A stretch of 64,000 nt of DNA from a virus. Location: IMG/VR virus record IMGVR_UViG_3300042924_005659; one strand, written 5' to 3'. The notes under the pieces were generated by a model, which was not told the origin of the DNA, searched no databases, and saw only the letters and a program-made list of their open reading frames with translations. Both the position numbers and the translations under genes were made by a program. Shown piece after piece: positions 47,591 to 57,412 of the stretch; the first letter of the stretch is position 1, and each line of letters opens with the position of its first letter.

Positions 47591-48277
47591 TCATGCTCCT
47601 AGTTGATAGTTGATCTCTGTGTTCTTCATTATAGCATTAACTGAGATTTGTCTCAGCAAACGAGACGCCTGGGGAGTTAAAGTCCAGGAGTAAACAAATT
47701 CGTACTGCACCGGAATCTGAATTACGATATTTTCCAGATTTTGTTCCATATCTCCGGGCTCATTGATTGCCGGGACTTCCCATCGAGAAAAGCCCATCCA
47801 TTCTCTTAATAGTGGGCCAAAATGGCTTAAATAGCCATGTACCTCTCTAGCAATCAGTTCGGCTTGAGCTACTGTTTTGGCTAACACCAATACAGTATGA
47901 GTACCAGTGATTCGCTTGTAATAGTCCGATCCAGTGCCTCCTAAGGCTCTGTCTCCGATACTAAGTTTATTCTCCTGCCACACTCCTGGCTTTATCAAAA
48001 TGGCAGGACGGACGCCCATTTGAGATACGTTAACTGAAAAATAGTTTTCAATTATTACTTGAAAAGGTGCCTTAAGCGCCTCTTCAGTAGCCTCGGGAGC
48101 CCAGTAAAATTCTTTTAATTGTGGGTGCAATATATTGTCAGAGCTACTAAATAGCTGGCGCAGACAATCCTGCAGCACTCCGCTTACAGCAAGCCGGGAA
48201 GGAAACTGGCAACCTATATGAGCCTCTGGATTTAGCTCTGCAGGTTTGTCAATCTCAGTTGTATTAGGCTCGGCCAT
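47591..48277 (-). CDS. tail completion / terminator protein
   Basis: Position upstream of the sheath; RPAILIK...THTVLVLAKTVAQAELIAREV. Confidence 0.65.
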   Translation of the reverse strand: MAEPNTTEIDKPAELNPEAHIGCQFPSRLAVSGVLQDCLRQLFSSSDNILHPQLKEFYWAPEATEEALKAPFQVIIENYFSVNVSQMGVRPAILIKPGVWQENKLSIGDRALGGTGSDYYKRITGTHTVLVLAKTVAQAELIAREVHGYLSHFGPLLREWMGFSRWEVPAINEPGDMEQNLENIVIQIPVQYEFVYSWTLTPQASRLLRQISVNAIMKNTEINYQLGA

Positions 48278-48284
48278 TCAGATA

Positions 48285-48313
48285 ATTATAGTAAAAAACC
48301 TTTAGCGATGCAA
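48285..48313 (-). promoter_or_regulatory. sigma70-type promoter, probably leaderless transcript
   Basis: TTGCAT-17 nt-TATAAT; ATG 7 nt after the -10 box; no SD. Confidence 0.7.
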
Positions 48314-48314
48314 T

Positions 48315-48875
48315 CTACATTTTGCAGACCACGAAGTATTCGCTTTTATCTAGCTGATTTTCTTCAAGTATTTCAAAATTCGAGATGCCAATACTGAGCA
48401 GCAAGTTTCTAATTTCAACCTTGCTGAAATAGACAAATCGATCCTGCTGAAATACTCTTAGTTCGTCTTTTAATGTTTCTTTAAATACGGTAAAGATCAG
48501 TGTGGAGCTACATACCTTTTTAGCTGATTGCAGCAGCTGCTTCAAGATAAGTTTGTTTTTTAGCTCATCTCTGTCTATGTTGTAGGTAACCGTACCAAAT
48601 AGGCAGACCAAATCGTATTTGCCGGAGACGGGAATAGCAGAATAGGTCGGACACTTGCAGTGCGCTAGAGCTTCTGGTCTGATATCTACGGCCTCGTAGT
48701 GAACCTTTATGTCCTTTAGTCTTAGCCAATCCTGTAAAAAACAAGGCCCAGAGCCTACATCAAGCACTGAGCTAAAAGAAAACCTATCCAAGATTGAGAA
48801 TCTTTTTTCTGCTGCCGCTTTGCCGTAGCCGTTACTGAGTCCGTCTCTATATATGTCGTTTATAGAAAAGCTCAT
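48315..48875 (-). CDS. class I SAM-dependent methyltransferase
   Basis: SVLDVGSGPC (motif I), YEAVDIR (motif II), YDLVCLFGT; visibly more AT-rich than the neighbours. Confidence 0.85.
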   Translation of the reverse strand: MSFSINDIYRDGLSNGYGKAAAEKRFSILDRFSFSSVLDVGSGPCFLQDWLRLKDIKVHYEAVDIRPEALAHCKCPTYSAIPVSGKYDLVCLFGTVTYNIDRDELKNKLILKQLLQSAKKVCSSTLIFTVFKETLKDELRVFQQDRFVYFSKVEIRNLLLSIGISNFEILEENQLDKSEYFVVCKM

Positions 48876-48876
48876 G

Positions 48877-49284
48877 TTAGCCCAGGATTTCCTGCTTTCG
48901 ATTCTCCGTCAGCAGATTGATGGATACCAGATAGTCCAATCCAGCTAGAGTAACCTCATTGTCCGTCGAAATCTCTTGTGCAGCTCCGGCGAGTTGTTGG
49001 AAGTCGGCAACCTGAGGATCAGTAAGAGCCGCAGCTCTAAATGCAGCTCTCTCGTCTGCCGTAAATCGCAGCAAGAATTGATACGCCGTGTATGTTTTTG
49101 GAGTATGGGTTGGATTTCCGAAGAATCTTGGATTTTGATTCTCGTCGTAATTCTGGCCTATAAGGCAAGATTCGTTTTCTGATAGCGCTACTAAATATAG
49201 TCCGTCTCCTGGATTCCAGGAAAAATCGGCAATCGCTACGTTGATAACGGTATCTGTATTGGAATCAATTATTGCGCAACGCAT
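48877..49284 (-). CDS. fibre-associated protein (assembly/chaperone-like)
   Basis: MRCAIID...VINV..., FLLRFTADERAA; follows the Gly-rich fibre gene. Confidence 0.6.
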   Translation of the reverse strand: MRCAIIDSNTDTVINVAIADFSWNPGDGLYLVALSENESCLIGQNYDENQNPRFFGNPTHTPKTYTAYQFLLRFTADERAAFRAAALTDPQVADFQQLAGAAQEISTDNEVTLAGLDYLVSINLLTENRKQEILG

Positions 49285-49293
49285 AGATGCCTC

Positions 49294-50238
49294 TTAGTAA
49301 GCGATAATCAACACGTATCCATTTCCGCCTCTACCGCCAGAGCCAGTGGTTATATCGTTCAATGCCCCGCCTCCGCCTCCGCCTCCGCTACCGCGATAGC
49401 CAGCACCACCACTGTTTGCGGAAGTGGAACCGCCTCCGCCTCCACCAGGACCTCCAAATCCAGGACCAAGCACTCCACCAAACGGAGATCCTATAATCGC
49501 TGCTGCGCTGAGTGGAGGCGTTGCTGTGTTTATTGAGCCGCCATTAAGTACGTTAGTGTTTCGAGCTACATTGGGCCAAGTAACCGTAGAAGTGTTTACT
49601 GTGGGTTGGGTAATACCCCCACCAGAACCCGCTGCGCCCGCACCACCTGTACCTACTCCTCCGCCGCCTGCACCACCATTAGAATACGGATTAAGTACGG
49701 TAACACCAGTTCCGCCGAAGTTAGTACCACCGTTACCGCCAGCGCCAGCCGAAAATGTCGTTCCGTAAACCATTCTAACTGCTGCGCCACCTGATATACC
49801 GCTAGTATTTGATCCACCCTGTCCTAGTCCACCGCCAACTGCCGTGATAAGAGTGCCTGGTAGGCCTGGAACGGTAATGGTAGTGCTTGCGCCGCCGCCC
49901 CCGTTACTTCCCGAGGCATTATTTGTTATAGCGCCAGATCCGGCGGTTCCACCCGCTCCAATGGTTATTAGAAGAGTAGAACCTACGCTCAATCCTAGCT
50001 CTCGAACATCAAAGGTAGTTAATACAGCACAGCCTCCAGCGCCACCACCTCCACCGAAAGAGTTAGTACCAGATGCTCTTCGGCCTCCGCCTCCACCGCC
50101 GCCTCCACCGCCCACTGCAAGGATGGTCAGCTGCGTAGCGCCCGCAGGAATAGTGTAGCTGCCGCTAACATCAAACTCCTTTAATTCGATAGGGCTAGAC
50201 CTAACACCTAGTGGAAATCCAAAAATACCAGTATTCAT
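49294..50238 (-). CDS. glycine-rich fibre tip protein
   Basis: EFDVSGSYTIPAGAT...AVGGGGGGGGG...GGRGGNGYVLIIAY. Confidence 0.8.
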   Translation of the reverse strand: MNTGIFGFPLGVRSSPIELKEFDVSGSYTIPAGATQLTILAVGGGGGGGGGGRRASGTNSFGGGGGAGGCAVLTTFDVRELGLSVGSTLLITIGAGGTAGSGAITNNASGSNGGGGASTTITVPGLPGTLITAVGGGLGQGGSNTSGISGGAAVRMVYGTTFSAGAGGNGGTNFGGTGVTVLNPYSNGGAGGGGVGTGGAGAAGSGGGITQPTVNTSTVTWPNVARNTNVLNGGSINTATPPLSAAAIIGSPFGGVLGPGFGGPGGGGGGSTSANSGGAGYRGSGGGGGGGALNDITTGSGGRGGNGYVLIIAY

Positions 50239-50648
50239 AGTAAACCAGACTCGACGATTACATTGAACGTTTCGGTATTGTTAGTCGAGGCTCTAAGCAA
50301 AGCAGTATTTCCACCAGGTAGAATGAATCCCGCCAATTCGTTTACTTCCATTCTAAACGCAGCAACAGAGGTGCTGGGAGTAATTGAAGGCACCAGCTTC
50401 TCGCAGATAAGTCTATTGGTGGTTCCGTTGTCTAGGGACAAATAGAATCTAATTACTCCGTTAGTAGTAGTTCCGGTTGCTTGAACTATCACTCTGGATA
50501 TGCGTTCGCCTACTCCGGCAGCGGCAGAAGTAGCAGGCCCTGCTGCCACAGTGACTATAGTTCCAGTGCCGTCTCTATTGGTGTTTGCAGTAGTAAGCTG
50601 ACTGTATTCCAGGTTTGGTTGTACCGTAAACTGTGCTGTTGTAGCCAT
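50235..50648 (-). CDS. fibre-associated beta protein
   Basis: TANTNRDGTGTIVTV; coupled to the Gly-rich ORF. Confidence 0.7.
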   Translation of the reverse strand: MATTAQFTVQPNLEYSQLTTANTNRDGTGTIVTVAAGPATSAAAGVGERISRVIVQATGTTTNGVIRFYLSLDNGTTNRLICEKLVPSITPSTSVAAFRMEVNELAGFILPGGNTALLRASTNNTETFNVIVESGLL

Positions 50649-50657
50649 ATATATACC

Positions 50658-51728
50658 TCAGACTATTCCTCGTGAGTATAGAGAAAGTATCTCGGCGGAG
50701 CTTAAGTCTCCTCCGCTGGGAGTGTTCCAAGTAAGAGTTCCAGAGCCGTTTGTCGTAAGTACTTGTCCGTTAGAGCCTCGAGTAGTAGGGAAGGTATAGG
50801 AGTTGGCTCCTGCAGCGTAGAATGTAATTGTGTTGCCGGTGTCGTTGACTTCAAGTACATTGCCGTTGCCTCCTCCTTCCCAGTCTCCTATTCTGGTTAT
50901 GTTTACTCCTCCAAATCCCATACTGCCGGACTGGTCGGAATTATTAAAGCCAAAATCAGTTGTATTGACTGAAAAGTAAAGACTATTTTCTACCTTGCTG
51001 TTAGTGTAGGTGCCGCCTAGACCGGCGCCTCCAAACAAATTAATGGTACTTCCGGTTGCGCTGCTGCCAATAGTAAAAGTTTGAGCAGCAATAGCACTGG
51101 CGGCAAAGTTTACGGTAGTAGCAGAGTCCGCTATGTTGAATGTGGAAGACGACGTGGTGATGTCGCCACCATTGACGGCCAGATCTCCTGCCACTGTCAG
51201 CGTATCAGTAGTCTTGTTGTAGGTGAGTCCGGCATCTCCACCAAATGCACTGCTGTCGTTAAATTGAACTTGAGTATCCGAACCGCCAGGAGATCCGCCG
51301 CCACCTGATACGGTGGACCATTTCAACGTGGCATCGTTGCCCGTCACTACATCTATGGCAAGAACTTGATTTGCCGAACCTACAGCCGTAGGCAAGGTGT
51401 ATACGTTGTTATTTGCTACTGTAGTTGCCGCCGTAAGGGCTACGTAATTAGACGAATCGGAATCAGCAAATCTGAATTCTTTTTTGTCTCTAAGTGTCAT
51501 GTGCCCAGAGAAGCTCTTTGCGCCGCTGATGGTCTGCGTGGTCGAGATGGTGACCAGATTGCTGGTCAGATCACTCATTGCAGACAATGACTTTACGGTA
51601 CCAGAGCTGTTCTTAAAAAAGATTTTCTCGTCGACAGTGTTGATTGCCAACTCACCAGCCGCCAGCTGTCCACCCGTGGGAACAGCTGTAGAAGTTGCGC
51701 TTCTTTTAATGAGTACCGTATGGGCCAT
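50658..51728 (-). CDS. tail fibre protein
   Basis: IKRSAT...PTGGQLAAGELAIN; TISTTQTISGAKSF; PGGSDTQVQFND; GQVLTTNGSGTLTW. Confidence 0.8.
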   Translation of the reverse strand: MAHTVLIKRSATSTAVPTGGQLAAGELAINTVDEKIFFKNSSGTVKSLSAMSDLTSNLVTISTTQTISGAKSFSGHMTLRDKKEFRFADSDSSNYVALTAATTVANNNVYTLPTAVGSANQVLAIDVVTGNDATLKWSTVSGGGGSPGGSDTQVQFNDSSAFGGDAGLTYNKTTDTLTVAGDLAVNGGDITTSSSTFNIADSATTVNFAASAIAAQTFTIGSSATGSTINLFGGAGLGGTYTNSKVENSLYFSVNTTDFGFNNSDQSGSMGFGGVNITRIGDWEGGGNGNVLEVNDTGNTITFYAAGANSYTFPTTRGSNGQVLTTNGSGTLTWNTPSGGDLSSAEILSLYSRGIV

Positions 51729-51740
51729 GGGAACCTGCTT

Positions 51741-52106
51741 TTAAAAATCGTCTTTAGTCGACTCTACTACAGCTGGCCTCTTAGAGACTGTTTTACTAGA
51801 AGCTTTTAAAGAAGCCTCCAGTTCAAAGATTCTGGATTTGGCGAGTGCCAACTGTCCGTCTAGATCTGCAATGCGAGCATTTGCTTGAGTCAACGCATTG
51901 CGCATAACGCTCTCGTCAGAAACCAACTTAGAGCTAGTACTGTCTAAATTGGACTTTATCTTGGCGAGTTCCTCTGTCAGATGTCGATTTTTTGTAAGCT
52001 CGACATGGAGGTTAGTCTCCAAAATCATGTTGGAGTTGAACAACTCCTGGCACTTTCTTTGAAGTACGGGGACGGCGACGATCTCTAAGTAATTTGGCTC
52101 TTGCAT
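51741..52106 (-). CDS. coiled-coil protein
   Basis: Heptad pattern LAKIKSNL...IADLDGQLALAKSRIFELE. Confidence 0.7.
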   Translation of the reverse strand: MQEPNYLEIVAVPVLQRKCQELFNSNMILETNLHVELTKNRHLTEELAKIKSNLDSTSSKLVSDESVMRNALTQANARIADLDGQLALAKSRIFELEASLKASSKTVSKRPAVVESTKDDF

Positions 52107-52121
52107 GAGGCCATCTTAGTA

Positions 52122-53969
52122 TCAGTACCCACCGCCGTCAACTGTGTTTGTCCATGTTGGAACTCCAGAAGCATTTACTGATAGAATCTGGCCTACAGAG
52201 TTTGTCCCATCCCAGGTTCCTGCGGCAGTAACGTTCAGTGCAGAAGAGCCGTTGCCATAGATGACACCGTTGGACGTAAAGCTGGTGACTCCAGTACCGC
52301 CGTTACCTACAGCAACAGTGCCTGTTACGTTTGCTGCGTTTCCGGTAATATTGCTGTCCGTGAATGCTAATGTCTTTGTGGCAGATCCATTATAGAACTT
52401 TAAAGTACCTGCGTTGTTCCAAAGATCTCCGGAAACTGGCGCGGAGGGATCTGCAGCTGCGCCCGCTAATAGGATATTGGCGGTTGAGGACGAGGTGGTA
52501 ACAGTGGTTACCTTGCCGGTCATTGTTCCGCCGGCCTTGGGTAGAGCGGCGTTTGCTAAATCATATGCAGACTTAACTGATGCTGGAGTGGCTGCAGTCG
52601 TTGTAGACGTCGAGCTGATGCTATCGGTCAGCTGCAGAATACCGGTCTGAGAGGTGCTGCCTGTGCGAACGTCCGCATAGTCGCCAGCAGTAACTCGGCC
52701 GTAAGAATCAACAGTAATAGATTTTGCAAAATTAATGCCTGCGCTGCCTATACTTCCAGTATAGCCAACTATTGCTAAGTCTATGCTGTCTGCGTTAACT
52801 ACGATTCTGCCTGAATTGGCGGTGACTACGTTTAACGTGTTTCCTGATTTTGTGAGGCCGTCGCCTGCGGTAATCTGCCCGGCACCAGAAAACTGAGCCC
52901 AGTTAAGAGATGTACCAGAGCCTCCACCGATCACAATAGGAGCATTAGTGGTAAGAACCCAACCGGAATCCGCGTTTACTGTGCCTTCTTCTACAAAAGT
53001 AAATGCTCCTGGAGTGACTTCAACGTCAGAATCAAAGTCGGTAGCTCGATCCCAAACACCGTTAGATCCGGTACCTGCAGTAGTCACTACCCAAATACCA
53101 TTCTGGGCTCCAGTGCTTTGGTCTTTGAGCAAAATTCTATCGCCGGCAACGAGAGTAACTCCATCGATAGAGTTAGTCGCTCCTGTGATCTGGCCTCTCG
53201 CTGAGGTGCCGCCTGTTGCAGAGTAGGTAACAGAGATATTGGCCGTAGACGCGACATGGACTGAGTCTTTTACGTCCAAGCCTGTCTTAACTGCATCTAC
53301 ATACTGCTTAGTAGCTGCATGCAGCGCTGAGCTGGGATCTGCAGCAAGAGTAATTGCTCCAGTCATCGTGCCGCCTGATTTTGGCAAAGCGGCATTAGCC
53401 AGATCATAAGCAGACTTTACGGAATTAGGAGTGGCTGCCGTAGTAGTCGAGGTGGAGCTAGTCGAGTCCGTAAGCTGCAGAATACCTGCAGAGCTAGTGC
53501 TTCCAGCAGCAACTGCAAACAACGCGTTGTCTCCGTGAGTAGCGTCGTTATTTGTTACAGTTACGGATAAAGGACTGGTGGCTCGTAGTTTAAACGTATC
53601 TCCGCCAGAGGCAGCAGCGGTGTTAGTGCCGTCTGTAATATTGGAGAACGCGTTTGCAGAAACGCTAGACCAACTAAGAGTGCCGCTGCCGTTGGTAGTA
53701 AGTACGTTGCCGTTAGAACCACCGGTAATAGACAAAGTGGTGGTACTGAACGTCTTTACTCCGGTCGGCGTTTGGTTAGTATCAAGTGTAAGAAACGCTC
53801 CAGAACCTCCGATCTTAATGACAGAGCTGGAGGCCGAGCTGTTTCCGCCCTTGCCGTAGTACAGAATGTCGTTGTTCTCGTTGAACGCCAATTCTGCATT
53901 TACAGTCTGCGATGTAGTTGGTGCAGTAGAGTCAGACGATCTGCGCTTAATACGAATTGTGTTTGCCAT
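52122..53969 (-). CDS. long tail/whisker fibre with two phage-fibre repeats
   Basis: GILQLTDS(T/I)SSTSTTTAATP(N/A)SVKSAYDLANAALPK(S/A)GGTMTG twice; HAATKQYVD; DRILLKDQ; ends DGGGY. Confidence 0.85.
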   Translation of the reverse strand: MANTIRIKRRSSDSTAPTTSQTVNAELAFNENNDILYYGKGGNSSASSSVIKIGGSGAFLTLDTNQTPTGVKTFSTTTLSITGGSNGNVLTTNGSGTLSWSSVSANAFSNITDGTNTAAASGGDTFKLRATSPLSVTVTNNDATHGDNALFAVAAGSTSSAGILQLTDSTSSTSTTTAATPNSVKSAYDLANAALPKSGGTMTGAITLAADPSSALHAATKQYVDAVKTGLDVKDSVHVASTANISVTYSATGGTSARGQITGATNSIDGVTLVAGDRILLKDQSTGAQNGIWVVTTAGTGSNGVWDRATDFDSDVEVTPGAFTFVEEGTVNADSGWVLTTNAPIVIGGGSGTSLNWAQFSGAGQITAGDGLTKSGNTLNVVTANSGRIVVNADSIDLAIVGYTGSIGSAGINFAKSITVDSYGRVTAGDYADVRTGSTSQTGILQLTDSISSTSTTTAATPASVKSAYDLANAALPKAGGTMTGKVTTVTTSSSTANILLAGAAADPSAPVSGDLWNNAGTLKFYNGSATKTLAFTDSNITGNAANVTGTVAVGNGGTGVTSFTSNGVIYGNGSSALNVTAAGTWDGTNSVGQILSVNASGVPTWTNTVDGGGY

Positions 53970-53994
53970 GACTTACCTTTCTATGTGAGCCTGG

Positions 53995-54000
53995 ATTATA
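53995..54000 (-). promoter_or_regulatory. -10 box upstream of the fibre cluster
   Basis: TATAAT 25 nt before ATG 53969, AAAGGT SD, weak -35. Confidence 0.45.
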
Positions 54001-54024
54001 GTAAATTAAACTATAGATGCCAGC

Positions 54025-55236
54025 TTATACTATCTCAAACCAGGACATGTCTGCCAATATATTAGTATTACTACCAGTGCCTGCAGCTACAACAAGAGTA
54101 AAGGTATCGCTAACTCCAGCTAAAGTACGCCCCAACTGAAAATTAAAGCTATTTGCGGAGTTTATGTTTACAGTCTCTTTGTTGTTTATATAGCCTCCAA
54201 TTATGTCCGTGCCGGTAGCACCAGTAGTGCCAGCAGTATGAACGCAATACGAAACATTGTTGTTGTAATGCGTAGTAAAAACGGGGGCAGTCCCGGTAAA
54301 TGAGGGATTTAGAAGAACTCTGTAGCTAATCCAGGTACTTGAAGTTGCAGTTATGCTTATATCGGAAGGGATTATGACGCTGTCCAAACGTCCTGGAGCA
54401 AGACGTATTGACAAAACAGGTCTGTAGTTTCCATGAGCTCCTAGATCTAGAGGCGTTGTGCCGTTAGAAATATTGTATCGTCTACTAAATCCCTCGTATC
54501 CACCATCGGATATCACGCTAGAGCAGATCTGCTTTGCTGTAGAGTTGGCTAACGTAGTATTTACGTTTTCAATCTCTTGTCGCAACGGCAGTACCGCAGT
54601 GGTCATATAGGTGGTTGGTTTTAGATTCTCGTTATGAAATATATGGGCTACTATGGGACGACCGTCGACTATAAAGCCCACTCGTACGTCGCCTACTCCG
54701 AGCCACTCAATATCCATCCACAGAATGTTGCCTTTGGTTAGGTCTATCGTTCTACCTGAGGGACCGGTTCCATTGAACTTATCTCCATTCCAGGACGATT
54801 GAGCTACTTTTGTTTCCTGTATAGCGCCAGAAACAAAACTTCTAAGAACTAAGTAGATCGTGTTGTCTAGTTGCTCAAGAAATATTCCATTCTCGGCACC
54901 AAAGTATCCAACGCGTTGTCGTAGATTTGGTTGGGCTGCGGCAAAGACAAACGTGGTGAATATAAGTAATGACTTTCCCGGCTGATACGGGAATACTCTC
55001 TTTGTCTCTCTAATAACTCTGGCTTTAGATAATGTATTTACAGACAGATCTATTGCACTTTCGTTCGGCAGATATGTAACGGATCCCCCGGCGGTCGTAG
55101 AGGTAGACCATTTGTCGTTCTCCTGGTATCTATGCTGCGAATCAAAAATGGTAAATGGATTTGATACTCTAAGCCGGTTAAACGCATCTACGGCGTTTGG
55201 TACAAATCCAACCTCATTGTTAAAAAGATAGCTCAT
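54025..55236 (-). CDS. virion structural protein (beta-sandwich/lectin-like)
   Basis: DAFNRLRVSNPFTIFDS...WMDIEWLGVGDVRVGF, a motif pattern I recall from aquatic phage structural proteins. Confidence 0.7.
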   Translation of the reverse strand: MSYLFNNEVGFVPNAVDAFNRLRVSNPFTIFDSQHRYQENDKWSTSTTAGGSVTYLPNESAIDLSVNTLSKARVIRETKRVFPYQPGKSLLIFTTFVFAAAQPNLRQRVGYFGAENGIFLEQLDNTIYLVLRSFVSGAIQETKVAQSSWNGDKFNGTGPSGRTIDLTKGNILWMDIEWLGVGDVRVGFIVDGRPIVAHIFHNENLKPTTYMTTAVLPLRQEIENVNTTLANSTAKQICSSVISDGGYEGFSRRYNISNGTTPLDLGAHGNYRPVLSIRLAPGRLDSVIIPSDISITATSSTWISYRVLLNPSFTGTAPVFTTHYNNNVSYCVHTAGTTGATGTDIIGGYINNKETVNINSANSFNFQLGRTLAGVSDTFTLVVAAGTGSNTNILADMSWFEIV

Positions 55237-56543
55237 ATGATTCTCCAGCCAGAACGATAGATAAATTGCAATGCGCCGTTATTTAGATTTAAAATTACAG
55301 AAGCCTGATTGTCTATCAGTCCAGTAGCGGCAGTTATAGTGATTGCTCTATTGACGTATCCAGCTTGACCAGACTCATCTTTGACTGTGAGCATCTGACC
55401 AGTTGCAGGATTGCTTGGCAACGTAATGGCAACGGTGCCGGCGTAGTTGACTCCGATATACGCATCCGTGATCAATGCCGAATAGCTGGACGAAGTCACA
55501 ACAACAGTATTCGACAAACCTACTGAACCGGCTGGACCCGTAGGACCGGCTGGACCCGTAGGACCGGCTGGACCCGTGGCCCCAGGGGCCCCAGGAGCCC
55601 CTGGAGAACCGGGAGGCCCTGGAGGACCCGGAATACCCGGAGCACTTGGAGTGGCAGGGCTTGTGTAGTTAGGTACTGCCCACTCAGGAGTTGGCAGTGG
55701 CGCTTTGACAGTGCTTGTTGCAAATGCCGTAGAGGGAGGAGTAAATCCTTCTTTGTTCAGAGACACCAGCAAAGGCACTATGTCTACCAGTGGCATTTCC
55801 TTGATCTGCATCTTGGCGGCAACTGGATGCAGGCCCAATCGCCCTATGATCGAGTAGTCTTTGATCTCGTATAGACGGCTAGTCTCAGCCTCCATCCACA
55901 GGTCTCTACTTGCTGCAACTGGAAATACCAGGCATCGGGCTTCAATGGCTCTGATCTCCTGAGGACCGGCAACGCTAGGCTGATCTCTTTGGTCCTCAGT
56001 ACTCATAGCCAGTACTGGAAACTCTACTCCTGGAAAGTAGCCATCCTTGAATCCCGTGCCTGCGCAGTCACGGCACATGCTGTGGACCAAGATGCCGGTA
56101 TTCTTGTCGGTGCAGCTGCAGGCGGGACCATAGTATCTACGTTTAAATAGAAAACCCTTGGCAGCTCCTCTGTCGTTTCTCAGAGCCAGGTTTTCCTTAC
56201 GGAGCAGCTCTCGTACCAGCCCCAGGTTTTTATCGTTTACGTTTCCCTGCAGTCCCCGCGCAGGAGAGTAGTATTCTCCAGCTGGAGTAGTCAGCTTTAC
56301 TCTGTAAAAAGCCGCAGAGGGCATACCGGCATCTCTGAACTTTACGTCCATGAGATAGTCCACCTTCTGGCCGGAGCTTATGACGTAGTATTCCCCCGTA
56401 TCGAAGCCAGTGGATATAGGGCTGAACTGAAGTTCAAATGTGTGCGGATATGGATCGTCGAACCGGGAGTCTAATACCCACGATACTGCAGTACGACCTA
56501 GTCCATCATAGAGAATGCGCAGGTCCTTGAAAGGCTCTCCCAT
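55233..56543 (-). CDS. neck/head-closure-like domain fused to a collagen triple helix and a C-terminal beta domain
   Basis: CSC...CRDCAGTGF Zn motif; PGIPGPPGPPGSPGAPGAPGATGPAGPTGPAGPTGPAGS. Confidence 0.75.
   Translation of the reverse strand: MGEPFKDLRILYDGLGRTAVSWVLDSRFDDPYPHTFELQFSPISTGFDTGEYYVISSGQKVDYLMDVKFRDAGMPSAAFYRVKLTTPAGEYYSPARGLQGNVNDKNLGLVRELLRKENLALRNDRGAAKGFLFKRRYYGPACSCTDKNTGILVHSMCRDCAGTGFKDGYFPGVEFPVLAMSTEDQRDQPSVAGPQEIRAIEARCLVFPVAASRDLWMEAETSRLYEIKDYSIIGRLGLHPVAAKMQIKEMPLVDIVPLLVSLNKEGFTPPSTAFATSTVKAPLPTPEWAVPNYTSPATPSAPGIPGPPGPPGSPGAPGAPGATGPAGPTGPAGPTGPAGSVGLSNTVVVTSSSYSALITDAYIGVNYAGTVAITLPSNPATGQMLTVKDESGQAGYVNRAITITAATGLIDNQASVILNLNNGALQFIYRSGWRII
55527..55577 (-). 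repeat. 18-nt tandem repeat encoding collagen GPTGPA
   Basis: ACCGGCTGGACCCGTAGG x2.8 on the plus strand. Confidence 0.95.
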
Positions 56544-56551
56544 AAATCACC

Positions 56552-57409
56552 TCAGACCTGGTCGTATGGGCCAGGCAGCCAGGCAAAACCGCCCATGATG
56601 TTGATCTCGAATTTCTTCTCCTGGCAGAACATCTGGAACTTTGCTAATTCCTGTTCGGCCATCTGAAGGTAGGTAGCTCCCTTGTTCTTGTCGTCTACGC
56701 TAAGACCTCCAGAGCTGTAGGGCAACTGGTTTCGGAAGTAGTGGTACGACGCGATCTTCATCAACTCTCCGATAGTGGCGTTGATGTGCGCCCGGCGCCA
56801 GGGAAAGTTGTGTATATCGTACTGTCCTACGTCGGGAGACATGGAATTCCAGGCGTCGATAGGCCGAGTGATGCAGAAGGCGATCTCGTTGTCGCTGAAC
56901 TCTACGTCATTTAACAGAGTATTGGACTCCGGATAATCCCGTAGCGCCATGCGGATCTCCGCTACCGTCACTGGTCGGTTTATCGAACTGATCTTGGGTG
57001 TGATCTCAAGATACCTGGGAGTCTGGTATATGAGCTTGCCGTCCAGGTTGTAGACCTGAATTGATGCAAGGTGCAAGCCTGGATCAGACAGAATGTTCGG
57101 CGGAATGTATATCTCAATCTCGCCGTAATCCGAACGAATTACGGTGACGTCTATCTCAGTGTAGTTCTCGTTGAATAGAGATTCCCGCACTACATAGCGC
57201 AACTTCATATCCACTATGTTCAACGGATTGTTGTCAGGAGTGAATATCTGCGTGCGAAAGAAGGCGGCTCCGTCCTGAGCAACCTGGTCCACCGGCAAGT
57301 AATTAGACTTTGATCTATAGGGGCTTGCCGGGATCTTGTGTCGGTTGGCTCCAACGACTACCGCCACTGGGCCCAAGACGATATTGCTTTGAGTGCTAGG
57401 GTAGGGCAT
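56552..57409 (-). CDS. head-tail adaptor / neck protein
   Basis: VAEIRMALRD...NTLL...EFSDNEI; RNQLPYSSGGLSVDD; N-terminal Ig/BppU-like segment; synteny. Confidence 0.7.
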   Translation of the reverse strand: MPYPSTQSNIVLGPVAVVVGANRHKIPASPYRSKSNYLPVDQVAQDGAAFFRTQIFTPDNNPLNIVDMKLRYVVRESLFNENYTEIDVTVIRSDYGEIEIYIPPNILSDPGLHLASIQVYNLDGKLIYQTPRYLEITPKISSINRPVTVAEIRMALRDYPESNTLLNDVEFSDNEIAFCITRPIDAWNSMSPDVGQYDIHNFPWRRAHINATIGELMKIASYHYFRNQLPYSSGGLSVDDKNKGATYLQMAEQELAKFQMFCQEKKFEINIMGGFAWLPGPYDQV

Positions 57410-57412
57410 GGG

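Noticed and set aside
49424-50158. Proline-rich plus-strand ORFs
   Set aside because: They are antisense shadows of the glycine-rich fibre gene.
52500-53500. Repeat pair in the fibre gene as a DGR template/variable region
   Set aside because: Both copies are in-frame fibre repeats in one ORF, differences are mostly synonymous rather than adenine-specific, and no reverse transcriptase is in the window.
55527-55577. Direct repeats as a possible CRISPR array
   Set aside because: They are contiguous 18-mers without spacers and encode in-frame collagen.
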